63,998 nucleotides of DNA, filler included, from Octopus bimaculoides (GCF_001194135.2; 4 parts of 4 records of this genome joined end to end with filler, not necessarily neighbours in it); one strand, 5' to 3'. Positions 1 through 13,769 are shown, numbered from the whole stretch's first letter. Notes: generated by a model not told the origin, from the sequence alone. Made by a program: numbers and translations.

Positions 1-42
<42 letters not shown>

Positions 43-440
43 TACATATATGTTGGTAAGCTTATGAATACAATCACAGGTACAAGCATACAGACATTTT
101 TGAACAGAATGGAAGCGTAGAAACGTTCGTATATAACTGCCTACATATATTTATCATACATGCATCCGTAGACATTAAAATGCATAACGCAATACAATGC
201 TAAATTCTTGCATATCCAATTATAAGAAGACATATTTACGACAATACACCTATATAAACAAGTATGATACATCTANNNNNNNNNNTATATATTATGCATG
301 CATTGTCTGTATGTATCATGCACTTATGTATACACAGGCACACACACATGCACACACACACACATGCACTTTAGTATTATGTACTATAGTATATGTATGT
401 GTATATACATACATATATATATATATTTATATGTTTATAC

Positions 441-495
<55 letters not shown>

Positions 496-590
496 ACATA
501 TATAAATAATATATACATATATATATATATACATACCTACATTCATACCTGCACATATACATACATGCATACATTCATACATTTGTACTG
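1..590. repeat. (TA)n/(TG)n/(TACA)n microsatellite-rich tract
   Basis: Directly visible dinucleotide and tetranucleotide runs. They generate the spurious YIYIY/CVCVC ORFs. Confidence 0.95.
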
Positions 591-1322
591 AAGTAGACAC
601 ACTGTCCCCCTCAGTTGCTACAGAATCAGTGTATCCGGTTCAGCCCATCATCTGTGTTAACGGATGACAGGCATTAATGCTGTATTCGTATTTAATATTG
701 GAAATATACAAATAAAATATGCGATGAATGTGACAGACTTTAGCAAAAGTACAGAAAATTACTGTACACGTCATGTACCTATACACTTTAGACATACATA
801 CATACATACATACATACATACATACGCAAACAGACAAAATGATAGATAGACAAAATTCAAAATTTAATTTTGTTCCGTTTGTGCGGCACTATTGCATATC
901 AGCAGATAGATTTTTTCAGGCCAGCGGTTCGAATTCCTTTCGAGGTGACTCGAATAAAGGATACCGATTACCTGAAATAAGAGTGAAATATCGATATCTA
1001 CCTTTCTTTGTTCACTTACAATGCGTTTTGTTTCGTCTCGTTTTATCGCTCGACGTTTTAGATAGACTTTTCCATGGACGGATTCTCTAAGCCAATTAGC
1101 TTACAAAGAAGACAGGCACATTGAGTGTGTGACATCGGTAACGTAAATATTTAACTTTAAATTATGACAAAAAATTTAATACCGTAAATTGCTCTGTATG
1201 TGTTTGATGTATTTGTCATTATGTGTTAGTAGAGCAATGAGGCTACACTAACCGCTGCTTGACACTAGTGGAAATCTAAGCTTTCCGTAGAGGGATTAAG
1301 TCACCATCACGTGGCGTCATCA

Positions 1323-2050
1323 GAAACGTTAGCACGCCAGGTGAAATGCTTAGCGGTATTTCGCCTGCCGCTACGTTCTGAGTTCAAATCCCGCCAAGGT
1401 CGACTTTGTCTTTCATCCTTTCGGGATCGATAAATTAAGTACCAGTTACGCACTGCGGTCGATGTAATCGACTTAATCACTTTGTCTGTCCGTGTTTGTC
1501 CCCTCTATGTTTAGCCCCTTGTGGGCAATAAAGAAATAAGAAACGTTAGCACGCCGGGCGAAATGCTTAGCGGTATTTCGTCTGTCTTTACGTTCTGAGT
1601 TCAAATTCCGCCGAGGTTGACTTTACTTTTCATCTTTTCGGGGTCGATAAATTAATTACCAGTTGCGTACTGGGGTCTATCTAATCGACTAGCCCCACGC
1701 CGAAGATTTCGGACCTTGTGCCTAGAGTAGAAAAAGAATATTTTAGTATCCAGAAAAAGGGCGGCGAACCGAAAGAATCGTGAACACGTCGGGCAAAATA
1801 CTTATCGGCGTTTCTTCGGTCTCTACGTTCTGAGTTCAAATTCCGCCGATGTCGACTTCCCCATTCATCCTTTTGAAAATATAAAAGATTTACCAGTTGA
1901 GCCCTGGGGGTCGATGTTATCGACATAGCCCTCTCCCAATCCCCATACTTGGTGGCCTTCTGCCACAATTTGAAACTAATACTCAACATGCAGAAGGCAA
2001 TTAGCTGGCAGAATCGTTACCGCGCCGAGCAAAATGCTTAGCAGCATGTC
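1323..2050 (+). mobile_element. Head-to-tail cluster of about 4 copies (last truncated) of a tRNA-derived SINE ('family A')
   Basis: Repeated unit ...GTTAGCACGCCGGGCGAAATGCTTAGCGGTATTTCG...GAGTTCAAATTCCGCCGAGGTCGAC... starting near 1323, 1541, 1760 and 2003. B-box-like GAGTTCAAAT is present. The same family recurs many times in the window. Confidence 0.85.
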
Positions 2051-3744
2051 TCCCTGCTCTTAATCAACAGAAAGCCTGAGGACATCTTTCTAGTATTTAC
2101 ACACAGCAGGAATGAAATTCGGGGTAGAAAAGAAACAGACATTGAAGGATGTTGAACAACAATTCATCGGAATGGAAATGATGCTGGTACTTGTTGCATT
2201 ACATCTTTCCAAACTTGCACAGTACTGATCTTCCTATCACCACAACTTTTGAAAATGTCATACCGCCCGCGTTCGCGCAACACAACACCGAAAAATCGCA
2301 AATTTAATGTACGTTCTGAAAGGTTTGGGTATTCCAATTTCGTTACCATCAACACAACCCAGTTTCATTCTCATGATACACTTGGGAAATTAAGAGCCTT
2401 TCACATTTAATTAAGTCATTTAATATTTTCATGAATGTTTCGATTTCCTCAGTTGCTGCGCTGGTTGCTTCATCATGAGTAAATTTTATTACCCCTTCCA
2501 TAGTGATTTCTAAATCGCCATAATCAGCCGTTTCTAGCTTCGAAATTCTTCAATTTCTACACACGTACGTTGTTACCTCAAAATGCTTTAAGGACAAACC
2601 AGGACGTTACTGCCGCCTCAAGATCTGTATATTATACAACTGCCTTAGGCTTTCTTGCACCAGTAGAGGAAGATTTGGAATTTGCATCAACAGAACTATA
2701 TTCTTTGAAATTTTGGAACAATCCCAGAAACTTTGAAAGAAGTGAGAAGGTCGATTACATTGACCACAGTTCATGACTGTTACTTGTTTTATCGACTGTG
2801 AAAGGATGAAAGAAAAGCAAGATGGCCGTGGTGGAATTTTAGCAAATATCGCGTAAGCATTTTCTCTACGTTCTAAAGACTATGCCAGCTCAAAATACTG
2901 TATCTCAAAGAAATATAATGCTGTTGATACAAAATATCTCCTTAGCGTTCTGTAAATAGGAAATTATTTTTCATGAATTCTCACCACCGAAGCATCTGCC
3001 CCAAACTTCCTAATAGTCCAGAATCGCAGATTAGGATTCCCAGACAGGGTTGCAGAGTGTTATTCTCCATCGAAGTCTTAACGTAAAATACATGACAGAA
3101 AATGCTTCATCACAGAAACAGTCCATAAAAATTACAGGGCAAAGCAGATTATGTTGCTTATGGTAACAATTCTGTTACCGTCTGTATTGCACTACGCTGC
3201 TGAAGTAGATATTCTGGCATAAATATTACTCAAAAGATACACACACGAACGTTAGGCGACTTTGACTTGGCCTGTTTTAATCCTTCCCTCGGAGCGTATA
3301 TTATTAGATATGAAAAGAAAATATGGCTAGGTTATATCATGATATTTGAAGAGAAAAATTATCGTTGTGCTCGCCATATTAAGTTACGTATCACCACAAT
3401 TTTGCTAAATTATAAATGCTGCGTATATTCTCTGTATCTTTTACCTTTTTCGCTACCTTATATATTTTACGTATGTATGTATACATCTATTTATGGGCTT
3501 CCACACAGTTTCTGTCCACCAAATTCTCTTATAAGGCATTGGCCGGCCGAGACACTTGCCCAAGGTGTCACGCAGTGAGACTAAGTTCGAAATCACATGG
3601 TTGCAAAGCGACCTTTTTAACCACACAGCCAAGCCTGAGACTATTACACCACATATCAAAACAGCATTTACTGCAATATCCTGCTTCGTCACTACATTAC
3701 AATACGAGACACTGTAATACACTACATCCCTTCTTCCTATCATT

Positions 3745-4260
3745 ATTATTCAGCAATACATCATATAAGCATTCCCTACAGACACTACACAGGCAGCGAG
3801 CTGGCAGAATCGTTAGCACATCAGACAAAAACATTTTGCGGCATTTCGTCTGTCTTAACGTTCTGAGTACAAATTCTGCCGAAGTCGAACGTGCTCATCA
3901 TTTCGGGGTGGATAAAATTAGTACCACTTGAGTACTTGGATCAATGTAACTGACTTAGCCCCACCCCCGAAACTGCTGGTTTCGTGTCAAAATTTGAAAC
4001 CATTATTATTCAAGACTACATCATATAACCATTGCCTATAAATACTAAAACGTCGGTGAGCTAGCAGAATCGTTAGCGCGTCAAATAAAAACGCTTAGCG
4101 GTATTTCTTCCGGTTCTTTACGGTCTCAGTTCAACTCCCACCAATGCCAACTCTGTTTTTCATTCCTTCAAGACTGATAAAATAAGATACGAGTCAAGTA
4201 CTGTAATCTATGTAGTCGACTTGCTCCCTCCCATAAAAAAAAAATACTTGCTGGTTTTGA
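3745..4260 (+). mobile_element. Two family-A SINEs within a ~260-bp tandem duplication
   Basis: SINE heads GAGCTGGCAGAATCGTTAGC (~3797) and GAGCTAGCAGAATCGTTAGC (~4057). Each is preceded by a homologous flank, ATTATTATTCA..ACATCATATAA.CATT.CCTA. Confidence 0.75.
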
Positions 4261-4384
4261 AGTCCGCATTGGCTCGGAAGCCCGTACAAGTAAATGTTGT
4301 GATCTCGGATGGCTGTAACGTTTTGGAAACCGGGTAACTGGTTTTTTGAATCTTGAAGATGAAGAAAAAAATTTTTTTAAATAG

Positions 4385-4556
4385 GGGCAGGCATGGCTGT
4401 GTCGTAAGAAGTTTACTTCTCGTCGTCTTGGTTCCTGGTTCAGACCCATTACATGGCATCTTGGGCAAGTGCCTTCTTCTATAGCCTTGGGCCGATCAAA
4501 GCCTTGTGAATGGATTTGACAGCTAGAAACTGAATCAAGCCCGTCGTATATATATA

Positions 4557-4604
<48 letters not shown>

Positions 4605-4925
4605 TGCATGTGTATGTGTGCGTACGTACATGTGTATGTGGGAACTGAATCAAGCCCGTCGTATGTGTGTGTGTGTGTGTGTGCGTGTGCGTGCGTACAT
4701 GTATGTTGAAACTGAATCAAGCCCGTCGTGTGTGTGTGTATGCGTACGCACATGTGATTTGGCATGTTTACGTCCCCGTAATGTAGCGGTTCAGCAAAAG
4801 GGGCCGATAAAATAAGCACCAGGCTTAGCAAAACATGAATACTGGGGTTGATTCATTCGAATAAAAGATCTCCAAGGCGGTGCACCAGCATGGCCGAAGT
4901 CTCATGACCGAAACAAAAAAAAAAG
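4385..4925 (+). mobile_element. SINE 'family B' (bipartite, internal TG microsatellite)
   Basis: 5' half GCAGGCATGGCTGTG...TTGGGCAAGTG...AAGCCCGTCG, then (TG)n, then 3' half ...CACCAGCATGGCCGAAGTC...GAAAC. The same family occurs at 12.4, 17.2, 18.3, 41.6, 58.9 and 59.4 kb. Confidence 0.85.
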
Positions 4926-5993
4926 ATAAAAAAATTCTTCATTTAGTTTTGCTTTCTAGCAGTACCTCCTGTTGAAATAGCAACAGTCTAATTCTCAATT
5001 CTCTTTGAATGGTGCTTGTTCTTGTATGTGTGTGAATCTTCATACAGTCACCATTCACCTGTTTACAAGAAATATCCGCACTGACATGATTGGCGTTTGT
5101 TACAGATCAGCTGCAATATTTCACCGTCTAAACATTGCGAAACATATGGAAACTTTGGTCTGTCTACGACCGACTACTCTTTTCCATGTAATTGCTCTTG
5201 GAAGTATTATATAAAAGAAAGAGAAGAAACACTGTGTCAATTTGCCATTCATTAACGGCATCCCATCATATGCTTTATGTCTCGTGTGTAATAAATAAGT
5301 TATTATATTTCTCGACTACGAACATTATGATATGGAAAGGAAATCAAGCTTATCAATAAACACGATTGATATGATTATTTCTATTCATTTCACAGATCCA
5401 ATATTTTTACAGAAGATACGGGTTTCATACACACACACAAACACACCAACACACACAGACATTCTTAACACACAGACACATACGCATACACTTGTACAAG
5501 CAATCTTTCTTCTAAATTGTCGTAATACAAAAACAGATTTCAACGTACAATTAAACATGGAAACAGCGCTGTTGATTGTTTTATTTGAGCGTAACGTTTT
5601 AATAAACAAAACCCTCGATGTGTGGTTTGTTTGTATTAAGAAGCCCTTGGTTGGGAACTAAGGGATCAGGGATCAAGAATTATTTCAATAGTAATTTACT
5701 ATTTGCATGGTCTGTGGAATGTTGTGCACTATAAACACAGAAACTAACATATTATGGAAAGTGAAACCATTTCTGTGAGGTGATACCTGAATTAATATGG
5801 TTGATAAGGCTTCTGAAGGAGACCAGAAGGTATCAAAAGGTAACTGCAAGCAGAGGACAACAGCAACTATAGCTCCGCGAATCACCAAAAGACTTTCATT
5901 ATACGGAACATGAGTAGAAGTTCGTGAACTGAGCTGCGTATGATACACGCTCACGGGGGCACACACATTCACTCTCTCCATTGCATACATACA

Positions 5994-6117
<124 letters not shown>

Positions 6118-6949
6118 ACACATATACATATAAATAATTAGCTTGCTAGCTAGCTAACTAGATAGATAGATACAGCCTTGGCCAGAAGTATTAGACGACC
6201 CCAATGTTTTGGGGATCTGCTATCTCAATGTTAATGAAACTCGTGCACATGGTAAATTATCGTATATTTCACAATATACATTAGTTTTAATATCTGGTTG
6301 ACCCTCCTTTACCGTCAATTACCGCTTTTATACTGTACTGTACATATACAACCAATTCAACATCGGTGAAATAAAGAAAATTTTTTGTTATCAATTCCAG
6401 GGACATAGTTTTCTTACACAGATGTTATTATCCGGAGACAGTTTTGTTATATTGAAGTTGAATCAAAATACAACTGTCATATTAGATTTTCTAATAGGGG
6501 TGCCGTGGATTTCTGAAAGGCATGGCAAGGGTTTCCTTGAGACAGAAAAGGTTGGGGTACTGTGCTGTAGACGATTATAACTGCTAACTAAAAGCTAAAC
6601 AACAATTTCAAGAATCAACGAAAGTAAGAACACATTGAAGTATGAGGTCCCAGGAGACTGATAGAAAACAAATGCAATTTCTTTGATCATAGGTCACCTC
6701 GATTCGGGATCATATAAGGGGTGGGTTGGGGTGCCGAAGTAAACAACTACAACAGCAACAACGACGTCGATGTATACGATGACAGCAACAACAACGAAAA
6801 CGATGGCAAGTACGAGGGCGATGTAGATAAGATCACAAACGACAAGCAAATGTTCCGTAATAGCTCGCACCCCTGGCATTCGCCCTACCATACTGGGGTT
6901 CACAGAAATTGTATATGCCAGCCCACAGACACACGGACACACACTCACA

Positions 6950-7861
6950 CACACAGGCACAGTCATTCACGTACACACGTACGAACACACTCATATATAT
7001 AGACACAGTGATGCACAGAGTCACAATATACATACGTACATAGCCGTATGCACACACATTTATAGTTATGTACACAGCAAATACATTTGCATACACATAC
7101 ATACGTCATGTAAATATATATATTTGTATGAATATGTGTGTGTGTGTATGTGTGTGTGTGTGTGTATGTGTGTGCGTGTGTGTGTTGGGTATGTATGCAT
7201 GTAAGCATGTATGGGTGTATATATGTACATATGTGTGTATGTATACGTGAGCATATATATGTATGCATGTACGTATTTGCCTGTCTGACCGTCTTTCTGT
7301 CTGTGTCTCTGTCTCTTTGTCTGTCTATTTGTATATACATATGTATGTGTGTGTGTATAAATGTGTGTGTCTACATATATATGAATATACATGTATATAT
7401 GTATGTGTGTGTATATATGAATATATATATATACATATATACCAACATACATTTATATATATAAAGGTATATATGTATATATATACATGTATACACACAC
7501 ATACNNNNNNNNNNNNNNNNNNNNNNNNNNNNNNNNNNNNNNNNNNNNNNNNNNNNNNNNNNNNNNNNNNNNNNNNNNNNNNNNNNNNNNNNNNNNNNNN
7601 NNNNNNNNNNNNNNNNNNNNNNNNNNNNNNNNNATACATACATATGTATATAGAGATAGATAAACAGGCATAGACAGACAGAAAGACGGTCAGACAGGCA
7701 CATACGTACAGATATACGTAGATACATATATATATACTCATGTATACATATATACATACATATTTATGTACATATGTATACATACATACATACCCAAGAT
7801 ATACTTACACACGTACATTTATACATACACACATTCATACATACATGCATACATACATACA

Positions 7862-7894
<33 letters not shown>

Positions 7895-7980
7895 CCCCAC
7901 ACATACATATACCACACGTATTCCATGATTGGGTGTGACTCCTAATCAGTGACACATAACTTAATTTGAAAAGAACCATG
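6950..7980. repeat. Compound TA/TG/TACA low-complexity tract with an N gap
   Basis: Directly visible in the sequence. Confidence 0.9.
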
Positions 7981-8394
7981 CTGATTGTTAAAGGTCAAAG
8001 GAGAAAAAGGTTACTCGAAGAATTCCAGCTTCTCTCAAGTCACAAAACTTAAAAGCGCTGAATGTTGCGTTTCTGTAACTTTTTGGAGATTTTTTCTTTT
8101 CTTTTGGTTTGTTTGATGGGGCATTTTGTCTTTTTTTTCTCTGCGTTGAGTGACTAAAGGTAGGTTTGTTTATTCATAACTCAACTTTAAAAGAGGGACC
8201 AATTTATATAGCTCCATTCATATGTAGGGCAATTTAAATGTAGGAGAATCTATATATGGACCTATTTAAATGTGGGTGTGCTTACATATGTGTCTATTTA
8301 TATGTTGAGTATAATTACAAACAGTGTTTTGATGTTGGCAAATGTCAAAGAAGATAGGTTTACGATCTAGGGCGTTATATATATATATATTTAT

Positions 8395-8488
<94 letters not shown>

Positions 8489-8580
8489 CATAGTGTATCA
8501 CTGAATAAAGATATCGATTTTTAGCCAACACCTTAAATTATTTACAGGTGTAGCTATATTATGGAAAGAAAAAAAGGTTG

Positions 8581-8632
8581 AAACAGCAGGATCGGTTTCG
8601 ATCCTGTTTTGGGATTTCATCAGTAGCTCTAC
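8581..8632 (-). ncRNA. Degenerate minimal type-I hammerhead ribozyme motif (Penelope-type relic)
   Basis: Minus strand reads AGAGCTA-CTGATGA-A-ATCC-CAAAACA-GGAT-C-GAAA-CCGATC-CTGCT. The core and a 4-bp stem II are intact. The stem II closing pair, stem III and stem I carry mismatches. Confidence 0.5.
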
Positions 8633-9129
8633 ACTTTATCTAGCTTTCTATAAATGTACTACTCATAAACTCATTCTTATCAAAGGCTTAAGTGGATTAG
8701 ACAAACGGATTTGCATAGATTAACTCATTCTTGTCAGCTGGTTCGATTAATAATTTGCTGGTGCGTTAAAGGAGTTTTGTTTCGACGCTATATTATATTA
8801 TACGATATTTTCTGTTTTAAAACTTTTTTTCTTGTTCTATCACTGAACTGCTGCCATGCTGGAGCACCGCATCATAGGGCAAGTCGAGCAAATATATCAT
8901 AGTATTTATTTTTAAAATGCTGCTTAATTTATCGTTGTATGTGTGTCAAATTGCTGAATATCGCTTCATCTGACTGTGGTTTGGAAATGTGTGTGTGTAT
9001 GTTTGCGTGCAAGTGTTTGTATTTGCATAGATTGGTATATTTATGTCTGCATGTATGAAACTATTTGTCTGTGCATCTATCTATAAATGGGTACCAGTGT
9101 GTGTTTAAGAGAGAGAGAAAGAGAGAAAG

Positions 9130-9187
<58 letters not shown>

Positions 9188-9729
9188 NNNNNNNNNNNNN
9201 NNNNNNNNNNNNNNNNNNNNNNNNNNNNNNNNNNNNNNNNNNNNNNNNNNNNNNNNNNNNNNNNNNNNNNNNNNNNNNNNNNNNNNNNNNNNNNNNNNNN
9301 NNNNNNNNNNNNNNNNNNNNNNNNNNNNNNNNNNNNNNNNNNNNNNNNNNNNNNNNNNNNNNNNNNNNNNNNNNNNNNNNNNNNNNNNNNNNNNNNNNNN
9401 NNNNNNNNNNNNNNNNNNNNNNNNNNNNNNNNNNNNNNNNNNNNNNNNNNNNNNNNNNNNNNNNNNNNNNNNNNNNNNNNNNNNNNNNNNNNNNNNNNNN
9501 NNNNNNNNNNNNNNNNNNNNNNNNNNNNNNNNNNNNNNNNNNNNNNNNNNNNNNNNNNNNNNNNNNNNNNNNNNNNNNNNNNNNNNNNNNNNNNNNNNNN
9601 NNNNNNNNNNNNNNNNNNNNNNNNNNNNNNNNNNNNNNNNNNNNNNNNNNNNNNNNNNNNNNNNNNNNNNNNNNNNNNNNNNNNNNNNNNNNNNNNNNNN
9701 NNNNNNNNNNNNNNNNNNNNNNNNNNNCT

Positions 9730-9900
9730 TACTATGTTTGGAAGACAAACGAGTTTATATGATATTCCCAAGTCCTCCGGGAATGATTTTGTTAACTTTC
9801 CGTTTAAACAGCTGCGAGTCAACTATATCAGGAAATAGATAAACAGGGAGAGAGTTCTTGAGGATTCCATGTTCTGAAGAGGAAAGTTTGGGTGAAAAGG
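9730..9900 (+). pseudogene. Possible decayed C-terminal ORF2 fragment of a Tx1/L1-clade LINE
   Basis: Translation SGNDFVNFPFKQLRVNYIRK*INRERVL loosely resembles the ORF2 end seen at 27.8 kb (FRYYLKSKIGLERR). Confidence 0.3.
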
Positions 9901-10569
9901 TTCTTGCAGGACATGGGACGTTTGGTCAAAACTGGATTAGATTGAGAGAGAGAGAAGAGTGGGTAAAGTGAGATCTGTCATATCCTAAGAACATGTAGTA
10001 GTGGTTGAAAAGGCAGAGAGAAGATACAGCACGTTTGAGGGCCAGATGATGTAGTATGCCTTTAGGTGAGTTTATGGTAACCGGTCGAACAGATTTTTGG
10101 GGGATATAGACCGAAATATACATTCTACGATGATGATGATGATGATGACAACGACGAAGACGACGACGACGATAACGATGAGGAGAACAACGAGGAATAA
10201 GATTACGATAATGGCGGTCATGATGTTGATGAGACGACGGCGATGATGACGAAGAGGAGGGGTGGGGGAGTATGGTGGTGGTTTGGTACGACGACGACGA
10301 TGATGATGATTACGACGATGATGATGATTACGATGATGATGATGATGATGACGACGACGATGATTGATGCTTTTCCCCTAAAATGCAAATACCTGGCATT
10401 TTATTTTACAAAGCATTTAAAATTTTTATATATTTTTCCGAATATAGAGATTGCAAGAGGAATGCGAACACATCTTCCGATCCCCATTGTAAATACGGTA
10501 TAAGTTACTTTCATTCGACAAGGAAGGATTGGTCATTTTGTCTTGAAGTGAAGATGTTGTCTAGGCGAG

Positions 10570-10720
10570 TGGTTGGGATTGAAGAGTCATTTTTCTATCC
10601 GACCGAAATCTCATCAAATTCTTCAAGTACCGCTTCAAGCAGAATATGGAGGTAGGGAGTGAAAGTAATGCCTTACAGAAAATTGTTATACGTTTGGCGA
10701 GATAAGCGATTATGATGTCG
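10570..10720 (+). pseudogene. Decayed C-terminal ORF2 fragment of a Tx1/L1-clade LINE
   Basis: Translation FLSDRNLIKFFKYRFKQNMEV...IVIRLAR* aligns by eye to FISGPGLLTYFRYYLKSKIGLE at 27.8 kb. Confidence 0.5.
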
Positions 10721-10899
10721 CTGAGAGGACCGACCATTCCAAATTTGCCTGGAGGAAGATTCCAGAAACAGAGGCTATTCGTAACTTTGGAGTGTTCTGA
10801 TTGTCTTGGAGTGAGTGGCGCTTCTCAAATGTTGAAAGTTATGTATTTGATATCACCACATAAAACATTTCATTTTCTTTCCTTTTTTTTTTTTGCATT

Positions 10900-11266
10900 A
10901 TCTAAATATCTATCTATTTTTCTATTTATCTATCTGTTTATCTATTTTTCTATTTATCTATTTGTTTATCTGTGTATCTGTCGATCCATTTATCTGTTTA
11001 TCTATCTATATATCTGTGTATCTGTCGATCCATTTATCTGTTTATCTATCTATATATCTTTCTATTTATCTATCTATCTACCTACCTACCTATCTATCCA
11101 TCTATCTATTCATCTATCTATCTATTCAGCTATCTATCTATTTATCCATTTATCTGCCTATCTATCTATATATCTATGTATCTACCAACCTATCTATCTA
11201 ACTATCTATCTATTTATCTATCTATCTCTCTATCAGTTTATCGAGCTATGTCGACATACCAATATA
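10900..11266. repeat. Degenerate (TATC)n/GATA satellite
   Basis: Directly visible in the sequence. Confidence 0.9.
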
Positions 11267-12322
11267 NNNNNNNNNNNNNNNNNNNNNNNNNNNNNNNNNN
11301 NNNNNNNNNNNNNNNNNNNNNNNNNNNNNNNNNNNNNNNNNNNNNNNNNNNNNNNNNNNNNNNNNNNNNNNNNNNNNNNNNNNNNNNNNNNNNNNNNNNN
11401 NNNNNNNNNNNNNNNNNNNNNNNNNNNNNNNNNNNNNNNNNNNNNNNNNNNNNNNNNNNNNNNNNNNNNNNNNNNNNNNNNNNNNNNNNNNNNNNNNNNN
11501 NNNNNNNNNNNNNNNNNNNNNNNNNNNNNNNNNNNNNNNNNNNNNNNNNNNNNNNNNNNNNNNNNNNNNNNNNNNNNNNNNNNNNNNNNNNNNNNNNNNN
11601 NNNNNNNNNNNNNNNNNNNNNNNNNNNNNNNNNNNNNNNNNNNNNNNNNNNNNNNNNNNNNNNNNNNNNNNNNNNNNNNNNNNNNNNNNNNNNNNNNNNN
11701 NNNNNNNNNNNNNNNNNNNNNNNNNNNNNNNNNNNNNNNNNNNNNNNNNNNNNNNNNNNNNNNNNNNNNNNNNNNNNNNNNNNNNNNNNNNNNNNNNNNN
11801 NNNNNNNNNNNNNNNNNNNNNNNNNNNNNNNNNNNNNNNNNNNNNNNNNNNNNNNNNNNNNNNNNNNNNNNNNNNNNNNNNNNNNNNNNNNNNNNNNNNN
11901 NNNNNNNNNNNNNNNNNNNNNNNNNNNNNNNNNNNNNNNNNNNNNNNNNNNNNNNNNNNNNNNNNNNNNNNNNNNNNNNNNNNNNNNNNNNNNNNNNNNN
12001 NNNNNNNNNNNNNNNNNNNNNNNNNNNNNNNNNNNNNNNNNNNNNNNNNNNNNNNNNNNNNNNNNNNNNNNNNNNNNNNNNNNNNNNNNNNNNNNNNNNN
12101 NNNNNNNNNNNNNNNNNNNNNNNNNNNNNNNNNNNNNNNNNNNNNNNNNNNNNNNNNNNNNNNNNNNNNNNNNNNNNNNNNNNTGCCCTATAAAGTACAT
12201 ATATATAGAAGCCCTCATGTATATCTGCATTAATGCCAATATGTTTGTGTGCGTGCATGTGTGTGCATGTGTGTGTGTTTGTGTCTGTGTGTGTGCGTGT
12301 GTGTGTGTCTGTTTGTGTCAGT

Positions 12323-12359
<37 letters not shown>

Positions 12360-12419
12360 ACGTGTGCGCACGGACAATTGTACTTGTGTGTATACACGTA
12401 TATTTATGAACATTCACTC

Positions 12420-13020
12420 ATACGCAGTCGTGGATACGTAGTCAGAGTATTGTTTCGCACCGACGTGGTACCGAGTTCAGTCCCACTGAGTGGCACTTTG
12501 GGCAAGTGTATTCTACTATAGCCCCAGGCCTACCAAAATCATGTGAGTGGATTTCGTAGACAGGAACTGAAAGAGACCCGTCATGAATATATACGCATAT
12601 ATCTAAGTGTATGTGTGTTTGTGTTTATGTTTGTCCCCCACTACCGGTTGACGAAAGGTGCTGGTTTGTTTACCTCCTCGTAATTTAGTGGTTTGGTAAA
12701 AAGAGCCGATAGAATGTGCTATACTTAAAAGATAAGCACCAAAACCTTTCAAGGAAGGTCCAATGACGGTAAAACAAAAGATAAACTTTGCTTTTCATCC
12801 TTTTGGGGTGGATAAATAAAGTATCAATCAGTTACCGAAATCGATGTAATCGATTTACCACTTCTCTTGAAATTGTTGGCCTTGTACCAAAATTTGAAAC
12901 TACTATTCAAAGTTAGTGACAAGGCAGGTCCGTTCGAGCGTCGGACAAAAGGTTTAGCGGTATCTCCTGTCTTTGGGTTCTGAGTTCAAATTTCGCCGAG
13001 GTCGATAAAATAAGTACCGG
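12420..13020 (+). mobile_element. Family-B SINE followed by two family-A SINE fragments
   Basis: ...GGCACTTTGGGCAAGTG... and its 3' half to ~12785, then CTTTTCATCCTTTTGGGGTGG...TTTGAAAC, then a truncated head ...GAGTTCAAATTTCGCCGAGGTCGA. Confidence 0.75.
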
Positions 13021-13021
13021 C

Positions 13022-13080
<59 letters not shown>

Positions 13081-13580
13081 GAGTGAGAGAGCAGTGCATG
13101 ACATCAAAGTGACACTTGGGTAAAATATATGAAGCCCAATACAACCACCATGACTACCCGTCTGATAAGGGTACATCAGGCACATGCATCAGAACCATAT
13201 GTGCGCGACATGGTGATCGCATATCAAAATAAACAGCGCATGACCTCACAGGTGGGGCCCAGTTAGAATTTTCTTCGGGTCGAGTAGCTCATCCCGCTCA
13301 AAAGGTCCCTGAATAAATGTTGTTTAAGTATGTTGCACAAAATCACCATGTTTCCAAAAGTGAATTATTCAAACCCCAAAGAATTCCTCTCAACACATGG
13401 CTATGATGCTCCCCCACTACTTCTGCTCGTGATCAGAGGTGCACATTTCGTCATCCACTAAGGGACATGCTCAACTGGTTAAGGTCAAACTACTGACAAA
13501 CAAATCTGTGGGGTATTGAGCAGAATATTTGCAGTAGCCCATCTTTTATACCAAGACAAAACAATGTACATGATAACGCA
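13081..13580. mobile_element. ~500-bp non-coding interspersed element embedded in a (TTA)n tract
   Basis: A complex, GC-richer block begins sharply at the end of (TTA)n (13022-13080) and ends at a further TTA/TTG tract. No ORF. Family not assigned. Confidence 0.5.
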
Positions 13581-13769
13581 TTATTATTGCTATTGTTGTT
13601 GTTGTTATTATTATCATTATTATTATTATTATTATGTTGTTGTTTTTTTTCTTCTTTCTTCAAATTTTCTTCCATTTCTCGCCGAGTGTTTTCCGTACAC
13701 CTAGAGCAGAGAAACTAGTTGTATGCATTCCCAGTTTACACTATTATTATTATTAATATTATCATTATT

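Noticed and set aside
2100-2200. GMKFGVEKK resembling the R4-type RT motif GMEFGxxKC
   Set aside because: The match is too short and its flanks do not continue the alignment.
5685-5950. Hydrophobic minus-strand ORF as a membrane-protein exon
   Set aside because: No recognisable family motif or convincing splice pair, and the ORF start lies in a CA repeat. It cannot be supported without RNA-seq.
10130-10365. Poly-Met/Thr/Asp ORF
   Set aside because: It is a (GAT/GAC)n trinucleotide microsatellite.
9061-12417. Long ORFs of 200-490 aa (also at 14.3, 25.9, 41.6, 50.5 and 59.7 kb)
   Set aside because: They consist mostly of N gaps and microsatellite translations.
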